DNA of 32,000 nt from Ignicoccus pacificus DSM 13166 (GCA_025340205.1 CP006868.1:780001-812000); one strand, 5' to 3'. Counted from the first letter of the stretch, positions 1 to 10,045 are shown. A program made the numbers and translations. The notes: generated from the letters alone by a model not told the origin.

Positions 1-64
1 CCTTCTTATGACGTAAGAGAAACGTCATCTTCTTACTTATTCTTACGCGGGTTCGTTCATCCAT
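1..64 (-). CDS. kptA: N-terminus of probable RNA 2'-phosphotransferase (Tpt1/KptA family), truncated by window edge
   Basis: Minus-strand ATG at 64 preceded by AGGTGAGAGG. Translates MDERTRVRISKKMTFLLRHKK..., resembling the N-terminal SK-x-LLRH motif of Tpt1/KptA. Open to the window edge. Confidence 0.5.
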   Translation of the reverse strand, partial: MDERTRVRISKKMTFLLRHKK

Positions 65-98
65 CCTCTCACCTACCAACACTTAACTCCTTTATTCA

Positions 99-557
99 TT
101 GATGTATACGGGAATGGCATTGAGTCAAGACCTCTCCAAGTTAAGGGTCATAGACTTAATAGTGAGGGACCCCGTCACTATTGATTCTGAAGCTTCCATA
201 GTAGACGTAGCCAACAAGATGATAAAGGAAAAGGTTGGTTCAATCATAGTAACCGTAGATGGCATCCCTAAGGGAATAATAACTGAGGGTGACATAGTTA
301 AGAAGGTAGTTGCGAAAAACTTGAAACCTTCAGAAGTCAAGGCTAGGGATATAATGTCTACACCTTTACAGTTTGTGCTATATGACGCCACGTTGGAAGA
401 AGCCGTCCGAATAATGGACGAAAATAATATTTCACATCTTGCTGTCTTCAAGAACGACAAGCTAATTGGCGTAATTACCTCTTCGGACATACTTCATATA
501 GCACCATCATTAATAGAGTACCTCAAAGTAAGGCCTAGAGGAGGGAAAATTATATGA
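99..557 (+). CDS. CBS-domain protein (two CBS motifs)
   Basis: Repeated CBS signatures (VRDPVTIDSEASIVDVANKMIKEKVGSIIV..GIITEGDIV; DIMSTPLQFVLYDATLEEAVRIM..GVITSSDI). Confidence 0.85.
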   Translation: MMYTGMALSQDLSKLRVIDLIVRDPVTIDSEASIVDVANKMIKEKVGSIIVTVDGIPKGIITEGDIVKKVVAKNLKPSEVKARDIMSTPLQFVLYDATLEEAVRIMDENNISHLAVFKNDKLIGVITSSDILHIAPSLIEYLKVRPRGGKII

Positions 558-1378
558 GGCCAAGGGTACCTGAGGGTCCTCGCTTCCTAAGATCTGACGG
601 AACTCCCGACAAGATGACCAGGGTACACAAGGAACAGAAGTGGATCAATGAAACCAAGGAGCCAGAGGTTCTTCATTCCCCCAATGCTCCTCTAAGGAGC
701 GTCGTGATCGAGCTATTACAATCAAACTTGTTGAACGTGATAGTTGCCGAGGGGGACAAGTACCTAGGGGTGGGTACCCTACCCAAGGTAACGGCTCTCA
801 TAGCGCTCTGGAGGGATAGAAATACTCCCATCTACAAGATTTTCCTAGAACCCTTAAAGAGATTGGAGGAGCGTGTGCCTCCCATAACTGACGAGATGAA
901 CGACAAAGACGTAAGTAAACTACTGGATGAAAACGCGTTGATTGACGAATATCCTGTTGTCTCTAATGAGAAGGTAGTAGCCATATTACCAGTCAGGGAG
1001 ATCATCGGTAAGTATTCTCCTAGCGCTCCAAGCGTGCAACTATCTAGTATAGCACAGGAAGTTCCGAAGGTTGGAAGCGTTGGAGAGGCATTACTGGTCA
1101 TGGAAGAGAAGGGTGTGCCAGTAGTGCTCGTTGAAGATAAGGTGTTAGATGCTAGAAGCGTACTAAAGAAGATCTGGGACGAGCGCAGAAAGAGTATCGG
1201 TGAGGTGAGCTTTGATGACGTAGCTACGGAGAACTTTAACTTATTCAAAGCGTCCTTGACTCTTAAGGAGATACTCGAGGAAATAGATCCACATAAGGTC
1301 GATTACATATTAGTAGACGACGACGGAAAGGTGAAGTACGTTCCCCTCGGAAGAGTTGCCTCAAAGCTCCTCCACTAA
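554..1378 (+). CDS. CBS-domain-containing protein
   Basis: ORF overlaps the previous gene by 4 nt (ATGA). Divergent CBS-like repeats (PLRSVVIELLQSNLLNVIVAEGDKYLGVGTL; VPKVGSVGEALLVMEEKGVPVVLVEDKV). Confidence 0.65.
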   Translation: MRPRVPEGPRFLRSDGTPDKMTRVHKEQKWINETKEPEVLHSPNAPLRSVVIELLQSNLLNVIVAEGDKYLGVGTLPKVTALIALWRDRNTPIYKIFLEPLKRLEERVPPITDEMNDKDVSKLLDENALIDEYPVVSNEKVVAILPVREIIGKYSPSAPSVQLSSIAQEVPKVGSVGEALLVMEEKGVPVVLVEDKVLDARSVLKKIWDERRKSIGEVSFDDVATENFNLFKASLTLKEILEEIDPHKVDYILVDDDGKVKYVPLGRVASKLLH

Positions 1379-1820
1379 GCTATGTTTTATCTGTGATGCT
1401 ATGTTAGGTAAATTAGCAAGATATCTCAGAATTCTAGGTTATGATACAATATTCACTGAAGAAGAAGATAACAAAATACTTGATATTTATAGAAGCAAGA
1501 ACTGTGTCTTATTAACTAGAGATAAACTCTTATGTGAGAGAGCCGGAAGATATTGTTTCTTCATTAAGTCAAGTAATATTGGGGAACAGCTGATGCAACT
1601 AGCTATGGACATCGGTGTGAAGCTATGTCTACCGAAGGAGCCCATTAGATGTACTATCTGTAATGCTCCTCTGACTAAGCTAGGATACGTTGAAAAGCAT
1701 GGAATGGTATGGAGGTGTCCAAGGTGTGGCCAACATTACTGGTATGGCTCTCACATTATAAATATAGAGAAATTCTTGTCAAGCACTAGGAAGAGATTAT
1801 CTTTACTAAATGAATGTTAG
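1356..1820 (+). CDS. Mut7-C RNase (DUF82) domain protein with zinc ribbon
   Basis: CDAMLGKLARYLRILGYDTIF...LLTRDKLL plus RCTICNAPL...WRCPRCGQHYWYGSH. Probable TTG start overlapping the upstream gene. Confidence 0.8.
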   Translation: MPQSSSTKLCFICDAMLGKLARYLRILGYDTIFTEEEDNKILDIYRSKNCVLLTRDKLLCERAGRYCFFIKSSNIGEQLMQLAMDIGVKLCLPKEPIRCTICNAPLTKLGYVEKHGMVWRCPRCGQHYWYGSHIINIEKFLSSTRKRLSLLNEC

Positions 1821-1886
1821 GATCGGTCAACCCAACGTCGCTCATCAAAAACTCGCTCACTGGCGGTCTCCTCATCTCCTCACGTC

Positions 1887-3062
1887 TCACTTCCTCCTTC
1901 TCTGCCTTCTTTGTTGTGCCTCAACGGCCCACACGCTTACTCCTAGCAACCTTTTCATAACTTCACTTAGGAACCTCACGTAGTTACCCTTCTGTCCCAC
2001 AAATGCACCGAACTCTGCCTCATTGACCTTAACCATGAGCTGCGGTCCCGCGAAGTCCACATCAACTATGTGCTTATGTATCCAAGGCACTGGGTGTATC
2101 GCTGTAATGAAGGGCTTTAGGTCATTGGTTAACTCAACAGTCCTTAACCTTAATCCGCTGTCTTCCTCAATCCTGGCAATCCTCTCGCCGCCTTTTCCGA
2201 TGAATCTCGGGGCATGACCTTCTTTCAACACTACTAGGGCGTCCGGTACGTGTTCTATATCCTCTAGCCCGAACCTCTTTTTGGCGTCAATGAACTCGAC
2301 CACCGTTATGACATCGGCATCAGGAGCATAGATCCTACCGGCCTCTATCACCGCCTTCTCGCTTTCACTGAGGGGTCTCCTCCTCATCCTTAATTCCATC
2401 ATAAACCTTATTCCTCTTCTTGCGCCGGGTCTTACAATGTCTTTCAGGCCTAGATCTATTACGCTAGCCCCGGGCTCGTTGAGCAATATTTCACGTAAGA
2501 GGGACGCGCCATCCTTACCCATTTCTGTCATGCTCTGGAAGACAGGGTCTCCTACGACGACGAATTTGCTTCTCTCACCGACCCTCATCAAAGCCTCGAC
2601 CGCCGCCTCTGGGTCCGCGTTCTGTGCATCGTCAAGTACTACTATCGATCTATCGAAGGTGCGTCCCCTTAGATAGTGGGTGTCTACTAGCATCAGCTTA
2701 CCTTCTTCGTATAGCTTCTTTATCTCATCCTTTGAGATGTAACCGTAGAGTATGTCTTGAAGATAAGCGGAAGCCATCTTATAGTAATCCTCAACGCCGA
2801 CGTCTGCCGCCGTTATCTCTTTACCAGTCACGATGTCTATAACTGGTCTAGCGATGATGAACTTCTCATACTTTCCTTGCTTAAGCGCGTCTATAGCATA
2901 AGCTATGGTAATGAGACTTTTTCCGGTACCGGAAGGACCGAAAGCGCCCACTATATCTATTGAATCGTCTTGTAACGCTTCAAGCAGCGCTGCTTGACCT
3001 CTGGTCTTCGGCTTTATCGACCCTAACAGCTCCACGTTATTCACCCGCTCTATCGCAAGCAT
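1887..3062 (-). CDS. PhoH-like ATPase with C-terminal KH domain
   Basis: Walker A GPSGTGKS, ARPVIDIVTGKEI, VVLDDAQNADPE, and KH-like GKGGERIARIEEDSGLRLRTVEL. Confidence 0.85.
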   Translation of the reverse strand: MLAIERVNNVELLGSIKPKTRGQAALLEALQDDSIDIVGAFGPSGTGKSLITIAYAIDALKQGKYEKFIIARPVIDIVTGKEITAADVGVEDYYKMASAYLQDILYGYISKDEIKKLYEEGKLMLVDTHYLRGRTFDRSIVVLDDAQNADPEAAVEALMRVGERSKFVVVGDPVFQSMTEMGKDGASLLREILLNEPGASVIDLGLKDIVRPGARRGIRFMMELRMRRRPLSESEKAVIEAGRIYAPDADVITVVEFIDAKKRFGLEDIEHVPDALVVLKEGHAPRFIGKGGERIARIEEDSGLRLRTVELTNDLKPFITAIHPVPWIHKHIVDVDFAGPQLMVKVNEAEFGAFVGQKGNYVRFLSEVMKRLLGVSVWAVEAQQRRQRRRK

Positions 3063-3139
3063 GCGGCTTTAGAAGCTGTGAGCTATGTTTACATTTATAT
3101 TCATTAAAGCAAGAAACTATGGTGGAGGAATAGCAGCTC

Positions 3140-3691
3140 ATGGTTAAGGTAATCGTTGTAACGACGGGATTACCCGGATCCGGAAAGGGCACGTTCGCGG
3201 AAGTGGCCAAGGAGCTAAATATACCAGTATATGTGATGGGCGACATAGTTAGAGAGGAGACGTTGAGAAGAAACTTGCCCATAACTCCAGAGAACTTACG
3301 GAGCGTTGCTATTGATTTGAGGAAGAAAGAGGGCTCTGATGCGATTGCCAAAAGAATGGCAAAGAAAATATCTGCATCAAAAGAATGTGTGATACTTGTC
3401 GATGGTATTAGGTCTATGGCTGAGATCAAAGTACTTGAAAAAATAGCCAAGGTAATCATTGTAAGTATCGATGCCCCGTTTGATATCAGATTGAAGAGAA
3501 TAGTTGCCAGAGGAAGACCAGATGACGCTGCTGATTACTTGAAGAAACGAGATGAAACAGAAATAGGATTCGGCGTATTGGAAGTGATGAACAGTGCCAA
3601 CTACGTGATACTTAATGTAGGCTCCATCGACGAGTTTAAATCTGACGCCGCCAAGATCCTTAATGAGATAATATCCAAGTACTGTAAGTAA
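3140..3691 (+). CDS. Archaeal P-loop nucleotide kinase-like protein (UPF0200 / dephospho-CoA-kinase-like)
   Basis: Walker A GLPGSGKGT and the surrounding MGDIVREETLRRNLPITPENLRSVAIDLRKKEG, typical of the archaeal family. Confidence 0.75.
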   Translation: MVKVIVVTTGLPGSGKGTFAEVAKELNIPVYVMGDIVREETLRRNLPITPENLRSVAIDLRKKEGSDAIAKRMAKKISASKECVILVDGIRSMAEIKVLEKIAKVIIVSIDAPFDIRLKRIVARGRPDDAADYLKKRDETEIGFGVLEVMNSANYVILNVGSIDEFKSDAAKILNEIISKYCK

Positions 3692-3745
3692 GGAGTCTAC
3701 CTTTAAGAACTTCTGGGAACTGAGCCTTACCCGGTAATCCAAATC

Positions 3746-4567
3746 ATGATGAAGTGGCGCGAGGACTGTATTAGATGCTTACTTGACGCTAGAATTTACG
3801 ATGCCTTTAAAGGTGGAGCCACCGACAAAGAGTTGCAATTGATATTATCTTCAACCGTAGGTTCAATGCAATTTCCAAAGAGTAAGGCATTTAGATATAG
3901 CTGGAAGGTATTGAAAGAAGTCCTAGGAGATATCTACGTTTTTGAGAGAAGGAAGCTTCTAGAGAGAACTCTCTCAAAGAAACTAGACGTTCCTCAAACT
4001 CTCGAGGATGCCCTTAGGTTGGCCGCGATGGGTAACTTACACGATACTGCTGTAGGAGGGTCCTATAGACCGGGAACTAAGGAGTTAGGGAAACTTATCA
4101 CGATCGGTACGGACGTCCTATGGAATGGAGGAAGGATGATTTACGCTGTAGATAACTTGCCGGAAGTACCCTACGACGTGTTAGCTGCTAAGTTCTTCGA
4201 GACCCTCGGATGGGAAGTTACTATGGTGGCTAGAGAGGAGTCTTACGAGATCGACGCTACTTACGCTGATCTCGTCGAGTTAGTTCAACTACTTGATAAG
4301 GATGGTTCGATTAGGGTTGAAAAGCTGCCGGGATCTTGTACGATCTTCGATAGATGCGAAGAGGCAAAAGAATTGAGGGAAAACAACGATATTGTTTTAG
4401 CTAAAGGATTACTTAATGCTGACGCATACATAGACTTCATGCCTCCGGAACCTTCACTCCTAGTCTTCGCCGCTAAATGTCAACCCTTAGCCGAGGCCGT
4501 TGGTGCCGAGATAGGCGATGCTGTAGCGGTACTAGGTGAAATATTATTAAAAGCGTTTAGAGGATAG
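3746..4567 (+). CDS. DUF89 (ARMT1-like) family protein
   Basis: CIRCLLDAR N-terminus, NLHDTAVGG, VYAVDNLPEVPYDVL-like (here IYAVDNLPEVPYDVL), DIVLAKGLLNADAY. Confidence 0.75.
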   Translation: MMKWREDCIRCLLDARIYDAFKGGATDKELQLILSSTVGSMQFPKSKAFRYSWKVLKEVLGDIYVFERRKLLERTLSKKLDVPQTLEDALRLAAMGNLHDTAVGGSYRPGTKELGKLITIGTDVLWNGGRMIYAVDNLPEVPYDVLAAKFFETLGWEVTMVAREESYEIDATYADLVELVQLLDKDGSIRVEKLPGSCTIFDRCEEAKELRENNDIVLAKGLLNADAYIDFMPPEPSLLVFAAKCQPLAEAVGAEIGDAVAVLGEILLKAFRG

Positions 4568-4619
4568 GCTAGAAAGATTATTTTAAAGCTACGCTAGACT
4601 GGTTGCGGGGGTCAGAAGC

Positions 4620-5033
4620 ATGGGAGTTTACCATGGTCCGGACTTGAAGAAGGTCACCGGTGGAAAGAAGAGGAGACATGTCAAGGTCAAGAGGAAGTAC
4701 TGGATGGGTCGATTCCCCATAAATACTACTCTGGCCGAAAAGGAGAAGAGAAGACTCGAGAGAGTAAGGGGAGGAAACTACAAGATCAAGCTAAGATATG
4801 CCGCCTACGCGAACGTCGTGAATAAGAAAACTGGCGAGGTCAAGAAGGTGAGAATATTAAGAGTTGTAGAGACTCCCGCTAACAAGGAGTTAGCTAGACA
4901 CGGTATTATAGTGAAGGGAACCATCGTCGAGACCGAACTGGGCCCAGCCATCGTTACTTCTCGCCCAGGTCAGCATGGTGTGATAAACGCAATACTGGCT
5001 CCTGAGCTCAAGATCCAGAGGAGGAGGAAATGA
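4620..5033 (+). CDS. rps8e: 30S ribosomal protein S8e
   Basis: GVYHGPDLKKVTGGKKRRHVKVKRKYWMGRFP...GNYKIKLRYAAYANV...TIVETELGPAIVTSRPGQHGVINAIL. Confidence 0.95.
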   Translation: MGVYHGPDLKKVTGGKKRRHVKVKRKYWMGRFPINTTLAEKEKRRLERVRGGNYKIKLRYAAYANVVNKKTGEVKKVRILRVVETPANKELARHGIIVKGTIVETELGPAIVTSRPGQHGVINAILAPELKIQRRRK

Positions 5034-5365
5034 CTACTAGGAAACTCAAAGGTAAGTATTTTGTGATTTGGCCCCAATATCTGGATTCAACCTTATCGCG
5101 GCGCTTGGGTCGAAGAGTGCCGAAGGAATTATCCGTCCCTCATCCCACACAGAAGGAACTAATCGAGATCGCAAAGAGCCTAGGACGTGATGTTATACCC
5201 TTAGAGAAGCTCTATCCTAGAGAGTGGTGGTACTCCGAGGGCGGAGTGGCTATCGAAAAATTGGAAAACGAGACGAAGACACAGCTACTACTCAAAGTGG
5301 CTCAAGAATTGGTAAAGAGAAGATACTCTAAGTTGAGTGGTAGACAGCGTGGGCTCACTTCTTGA
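5030..5365 (+). CDS. srp19: Signal recognition particle 19 kDa protein
   Basis: FVIWPQYLDSTLSRRLGRRVPKEL...WWYSEGGVAIE. 4-nt overlap with rps8e. Confidence 0.9.
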   Translation: MTTRKLKGKYFVIWPQYLDSTLSRRLGRRVPKELSVPHPTQKELIEIAKSLGRDVIPLEKLYPREWWYSEGGVAIEKLENETKTQLLLKVAQELVKRRYSKLSGRQRGLTS

Positions 5366-5406
5366 AATATCCACTGGTATTACTAGGCCTCTAGGGGACT
5401 TAAGCT

Positions 5407-5661
5407 ATGCGTGCCAAGTTCTATAGAAAGACACGAACTGGGTTATTGGTCCTCCAGCATATTGATGGAAATATTCCCAGAATAGGCGATTCTCTAAAGG
5501 CTGGGGAGGCTACCTTAAAGATACTTGACGTGATTGGTCCTGTGTCCTCGCCCTTCATAATAGCTAAACCCCTAAGAGGAGATATCGAAGGTGAAGTGGA
5601 ACTATCTCCAATTAGGAAGAGAAGGGCCAAGGTTAGGAGGAGCAGAAAGGGTAGGAGGTGA
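5407..5661 (+). CDS. gar1: H/ACA RNP component Gar1
   Basis: DVIGPVSSPFIIAKPL motif, basic C-terminus, and the conserved archaeal order srp19-gar1-tfb. Confidence 0.8.
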   Translation: MRAKFYRKTRTGLLVLQHIDGNIPRIGDSLKAGEATLKILDVIGPVSSPFIIAKPLRGDIEGEVELSPIRKRRAKVRRSRKGRR

Positions 5662-5667
5662 TTGTCC

Positions 5668-6738
5668 ATGTTCACCTCTCCTGAATCTGCCATTGCTAAG
5701 GGCATCTGCCCCTTCTGTGGTACCATGCTACATCTCACTTACAACGAGGAAGGAGAGATAGTATGCTCTTCTTGTGGTGCCGTACTTACGCCCTATGTAG
5801 GTTATGCCTTTGATGAAGGTACTTACTTCAATAAGTTTGATCCTCGTGCTCCCTATTCTAAAACTGGAGAGGGACTAGTTAGTAGCAGCGGCGCTCTTTC
5901 AAGCGTAGTGCATGATGAAGGTATAGGCAGCACCTTTAACGCTCATGAAGTTAAGGGCAGATTGAGAACGCGTAAGGAGTTCGAGAAGATTAGGAGACTT
6001 AATGAGAGGTCCAGATTTAGAGATAGCATTGATAGCTTGGAAGGTGACCTCCATAAGGCAGCCAATCTCTTAAAAACAGAAATCGAAACGTTCTTTGAGA
6101 TACCTTCACATATAAGCAGAGAGATAGATGAAACTATTAAACAGATCGTGAGAAACGAGAAGAATCAAAAGAAACTCAAGGGCTTGAGCAGGAAGAAAAG
6201 AGAGTATCTAGGTTACGCGATAGTATTGGCCGTACTAGAGGCCTACGGTATAGGTCTAGAAGCTAAGATCTTACTCAAGAAATTATTCAATGATGAAAAG
6301 GTGATAAGAAACGTAATAAGCTGGAAGGCAAAGGTAGCATACGATTTAGCTAAGGATAAGCTAAGAAACATAAAAAGGTCACAAGATCCAATGAGCAAGT
6401 ACATGAACTACGCGAACTTCTTGTTAAGTGAGCTAAACCACGAATTGAGGTTAGGTTTAGATGGCAGGCTTAGAAGTAGGATCATGGAAACCCTCCGTCA
6501 TGTACTAAAAGCAGCTATAAAGGTAAACATGAATTCCGGAAAACAAATGTCATCACTGTTGGCCGGCCTCATCTACCTAACTCTACACATATTCGTAACT
6601 GATCCAAGCAAGAAGCCCACACAAGAAAAAGTTGCCAAAACATTAAGGCTAGGAAATAACTCAGTAAGAGAGAACTACGTAGAAGCTGTGAAGAATTTAA
6701 TGATACTGGTTTACGTTCCCACAAAGAAGAGATCATAA
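5668..6738 (+). CDS. tfb: Transcription initiation factor IIB (TFB)
   Basis: Zn-ribbon CPFCGTMLHLTYNEEGEIVCSSCGAVL and two cyclin-like repeats. ATG at 5668 is preceded by GGAGGTGA and fits better than the track's TTG at 5662. Confidence 0.85.
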   Translation: MFTSPESAIAKGICPFCGTMLHLTYNEEGEIVCSSCGAVLTPYVGYAFDEGTYFNKFDPRAPYSKTGEGLVSSSGALSSVVHDEGIGSTFNAHEVKGRLRTRKEFEKIRRLNERSRFRDSIDSLEGDLHKAANLLKTEIETFFEIPSHISREIDETIKQIVRNEKNQKKLKGLSRKKREYLGYAIVLAVLEAYGIGLEAKILLKKLFNDEKVIRNVISWKAKVAYDLAKDKLRNIKRSQDPMSKYMNYANFLLSELNHELRLGLDGRLRSRIMETLRHVLKAAIKVNMNSGKQMSSLLAGLIYLTLHIFVTDPSKKPTQEKVAKTLRLGNNSVRENYVEAVKNLMILVYVPTKKRS

Positions 6739-6776
6739 TTTTTAAGTAAATTGCAAATGATATTCCGGGATCCCCA

Positions 6777-7073
6777 ATGCCAGAAGCCGAGAGTACGTCG
6801 AAAATAATTCAAACCTTGTTGAACTACGCAACCCAGTTCTATTCCTGGATTCAAGGTATAGTATCTCACTACTTACAGATATACGTCTTCGCGAAGAACC
6901 CCGAACTAGCTGCTAGGTACGGTAACTTAATAGTACTTATGGTAACGTTAACTGTAATCTACGCGCTTCTGGAAGTGTTTGAAAGCTTCAAGAAAGTTTT
7001 GAGATACATAATACTAATGGGTTGGTTCATACTGGTGTTGGCAATCGTGTTCAACTATTTGAATAGACATTAG
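6777..7073 (+). CDS. Small membrane protein, two predicted TM helices, unknown function
   Basis: 98 aa with hydrophobic stretches LIVLMVTLTVIYALLEVF and YIILMGWFILVLAIVF. Follows tfb. Confidence 0.65.
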   Translation: MPEAESTSKIIQTLLNYATQFYSWIQGIVSHYLQIYVFAKNPELAARYGNLIVLMVTLTVIYALLEVFESFKKVLRYIILMGWFILVLAIVFNYLNRH

Positions 7074-8794
7074 GTAACGCACTCCTCTAAGGGTTTATTT
7101 TCTTTTATGAATCTCCTAAGGACCTTGGGTAGGTCTTCTATCTTCACTCTTACTTGCTCCCAACTATCTCTATCCCTTACAGTCACCGTATCATCTTGCA
7201 AAGTCTGGAAATCTATTGTCACAGCGGCCGGAACTCCGATCTCGTCAAATCTGGCGTACCTTCTGCCTATTGAGCCCTTCTCATCATATTCCACTCTGAA
7301 TCCACTCTTAGCCAAGAGCTCCCATACCTCCTTCGCCTTCTTTACTATCTCATCCTCCTCAACTAGTGGCAACACTACTGCCTCTATAGGAGCCAGATAT
7401 CTAGGCAAACTCAGCACGAGTCTACCATCCTTTTCCTTTAATGCATGTTCTAGCGTTACGTAAAGTAATCTTTCGACTCCAAAGGAGGGTTCCACTACGT
7501 GTGGTACGAATCTCTCACCACTTACCGTTTCCTCACGTTCCTCTACCCAAACAATTCCCTTCTCAAGCTTCTCTCCCTCAACCTCAACGTATCCCTTTTC
7601 TAACAGTTCTTTTTCGACCAATTCGGGGTCGACGTTCTTTAGTGCCTCCATTATCTTCTTCGCTTTACTCTTAAACCTTATACCTAGCTCCCTGGCATTC
7701 CATCGAACTACCTTTACTTTCACCTTCTTGGGCTCCTTGTACTTTCTAAAGGCATACAGATCTTTCCCGCTGAACTTTATATGCCTCGATACGTCATAAT
7801 CACCCCTGTAAGCATGTCCAGAGACTTCCATCCATCCATACCTTTCAGTACGAACCAACTGATCATATGTCTGGGATGAATAGTGTGCTCTCTCTTCTGG
7901 ACTTTTCTCTTCAAAGAACTGGTCCTCATCCTTAATACCTAGCTTATTTAATAGTTCCTTAGCCTTCAGCATCCAATATGCCATCCATTCGTTTATTATC
8001 CATCCTTTATCAAGGGCCTCCTTTATGGTAACTTCGACGGGTTCCTTCTGGCCTTCCTTTGCTAGTTCCCAAGGAAGAAGACGTATCTTAGCTTCGTAGT
8101 CCAAAGGAGGTTTACCGGGATTTAAGGGATCAAAGAAGAACTCTATTTCGGCTATGGTGAACTCTCTTAATCTTAAGAGTCCTTGTCTTGGGGAGATTTC
8201 ATTCCTTCCTACTCTCCCTATCTGAGCTATTCCAAAGGGAAGCTTCTCCCTCATGAACTGATATACTCGTTTGAAATTAACGAAAGCGCCCTGGGCAGTC
8301 TCAGGCCTTATGAAGCCTTTATCACCCTCATATGGTCCTATCTGCGTTTGGAACAGCAGTAAGAACTTCTTCACTTCGCTTAGTTCGCCGCCACAAACGG
8401 GACACCTAATGTTATTCTCCTTGATAATTTTTGTTAAATCCTCGGGGCTCAGACCTTCTACCTTCAGCCCCGTAGCTTCCTCTATTAGATGATCAGCCCT
8501 GTACTTTCTTCCACACTTCGTACATTCGACGATGGGATCTGTGAAGTTCTGTACGTGACCAGAAGCTTCAAGTACTCTATAGGGAGTTATTATGGGAGTC
8601 TCAAGTTCCAGTATTATCCTTTGAAGGGGCTTCATTAATGTCTCCTTCCATAACTCAATAATCTTATTCTTCAACTCCTTACCTAAAGGACCTAGATCGT
8701 AGAAGCCTGCCACTCCGCCATATATTTCCCATGCAGGCCAATAGAATCCTCGCCTTTGAGCTAGATCAGCTACCTTCGATGCTTTATCAGCCAT
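7070..8794 (-). CDS. glyS: Glycyl-tRNA synthetase (archaeal/eukaryotic class II type)
   Basis: YWPAWEIYGGVAGFYDLGPLG, GYDKGFIRPETAQGAFVNFKRV, GIAQIGRVGRNEISPRQGLLRLREFTIAEIEFF, HVVEPSFGVERLLYVTLEH. Confidence 0.95.
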   Translation of the reverse strand: MADKASKVADLAQRRGFYWPAWEIYGGVAGFYDLGPLGKELKNKIIELWKETLMKPLQRIILELETPIITPYRVLEASGHVQNFTDPIVECTKCGRKYRADHLIEEATGLKVEGLSPEDLTKIIKENNIRCPVCGGELSEVKKFLLLFQTQIGPYEGDKGFIRPETAQGAFVNFKRVYQFMREKLPFGIAQIGRVGRNEISPRQGLLRLREFTIAEIEFFFDPLNPGKPPLDYEAKIRLLPWELAKEGQKEPVEVTIKEALDKGWIINEWMAYWMLKAKELLNKLGIKDEDQFFEEKSPEERAHYSSQTYDQLVRTERYGWMEVSGHAYRGDYDVSRHIKFSGKDLYAFRKYKEPKKVKVKVVRWNARELGIRFKSKAKKIMEALKNVDPELVEKELLEKGYVEVEGEKLEKGIVWVEEREETVSGERFVPHVVEPSFGVERLLYVTLEHALKEKDGRLVLSLPRYLAPIEAVVLPLVEEDEIVKKAKEVWELLAKSGFRVEYDEKGSIGRRYARFDEIGVPAAVTIDFQTLQDDTVTVRDRDSWEQVRVKIEDLPKVLRRFIKENKPLEECVT

Positions 8795-8902
8795 TTCATC
8801 TCAACCGTCATCTGCTCGTTCAAAGGGTTTATACATGAGATCCCGTGTTACACACTCACCTAGTTATATTCCCTCAAATAACCCTCAAATGGGGAGCCTT
8901 CA

Positions 8903-10033
8903 TTGAAGGTTCTCAAAACTAAGAAATTGTATGTAGGCGACGGGAGCGTTAAGGAAAACGTGTACATAGGTTTTGAGGGTTCTGAAATAGTTCATGTAGG
9001 CGATGAAACAGGAGGCACCTACCTAGGAGAGTTTGAAGTGGTAACACCAGCGTTTATCGATCCACATTCCCACATAGGCATGGATAGGGCAGGAGAACCT
9101 TGGTACGAGGAAGAAGCCAATGAGACTATGGATTCTATTCTACCATACCTTAACGCTGAGGAGAGTGTTTACATGGACGATAAGGCCTTTGAGGAAAGCG
9201 TGGATTGGGGCGTACTATATTCAGTTGTACTACCCGGTTCAGGCAACATGATAGGCGGAAGAGCTGCCCTTTTGAGGAACTGGAAGAGGAATATTGACGA
9301 AGCTTTCGTAAAATATGTAGGTGTTAAAGCAGCTATGGGTTACAACCCTCGCTCGACTACCTCTTGGAGAGGTACTAGACCTTATACGAGAATGGGTGCT
9401 GTGGCTCTTTTCAGGCAAGCCTTATCTAAGGCGCAAGCAGATCTCGAGAAAATGAGAAAGGGTAAGGTCACTTGGGATGAACTAGATCCCATATCGAAAG
9501 CCCTCATACCGGTACTAGAAGGAAGATTGCCCTTTAGAATTCACGTACATAAAGAAGATGATATAGCAATTATAAAGAGGTTGGCCAAGAGCTTCGGATT
9601 CAAGTATACCATTGATCACGCCTGCGACGTCCATACTGAAGAGGGCTTCAGACTGATAAAGTCTCTTGGTGTACCACTAATATATGGCCCCATAGACTCC
9701 CATCCCTATAAAGTGGAATTAAAGCATGAGAGCTACAAGAACGTCAAGCTATTAATAGAAAACATGCCTGAGGTCACCGCAATAATGAGCGACCACCCTG
9801 TCGTGCTCCAAAGGAACTCGTACCTTCAACTGAGGTTCTTCATGAAGTATGGAATGAGTTTTGCTGAAGCAATAAAGCTAATTACCAGCAATGCCGCTAA
9901 GATAGCCAATATAAACGCGGGTGAGGTGAAAGTAGGAAAATTAGCATCACTAGTGGCGTGGGACGGTGAGCCTTATGTTCTTGGAAGCACGCCACAATTG
10001 GTAATAGGTGAAGGAGAGATCGTAAGATCTTAA
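8903..10033 (+). CDS. Amidohydrolase family protein (imidazolonepropionase-like)
   Basis: PAFIDPHSHIGM metal-binding motif, RIHVHKEDD, YTIDHACDVH, IMSDHPVV, ANINAGEVKVGKLASLVAWDGEP. Confidence 0.85.
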   Translation: MKVLKTKKLYVGDGSVKENVYIGFEGSEIVHVGDETGGTYLGEFEVVTPAFIDPHSHIGMDRAGEPWYEEEANETMDSILPYLNAEESVYMDDKAFEESVDWGVLYSVVLPGSGNMIGGRAALLRNWKRNIDEAFVKYVGVKAAMGYNPRSTTSWRGTRPYTRMGAVALFRQALSKAQADLEKMRKGKVTWDELDPISKALIPVLEGRLPFRIHVHKEDDIAIIKRLAKSFGFKYTIDHACDVHTEEGFRLIKSLGVPLIYGPIDSHPYKVELKHESYKNVKLLIENMPEVTAIMSDHPVVLQRNSYLQLRFFMKYGMSFAEAIKLITSNAAKIANINAGEVKVGKLASLVAWDGEPYVLGSTPQLVIGEGEIVRS

Positions 10034-10045
10034 TGTTATTTTAAA

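Noticed and set aside
8-28. Inverted repeat ATGACGT-n7-ACGTCAT followed by a pyrimidine-rich stretch, first read as a terminator or operator.
   Set aside because: It lies within the minus-strand KptA-like coding start (ATG at 64), and a 7-bp stem there can be coincidental.
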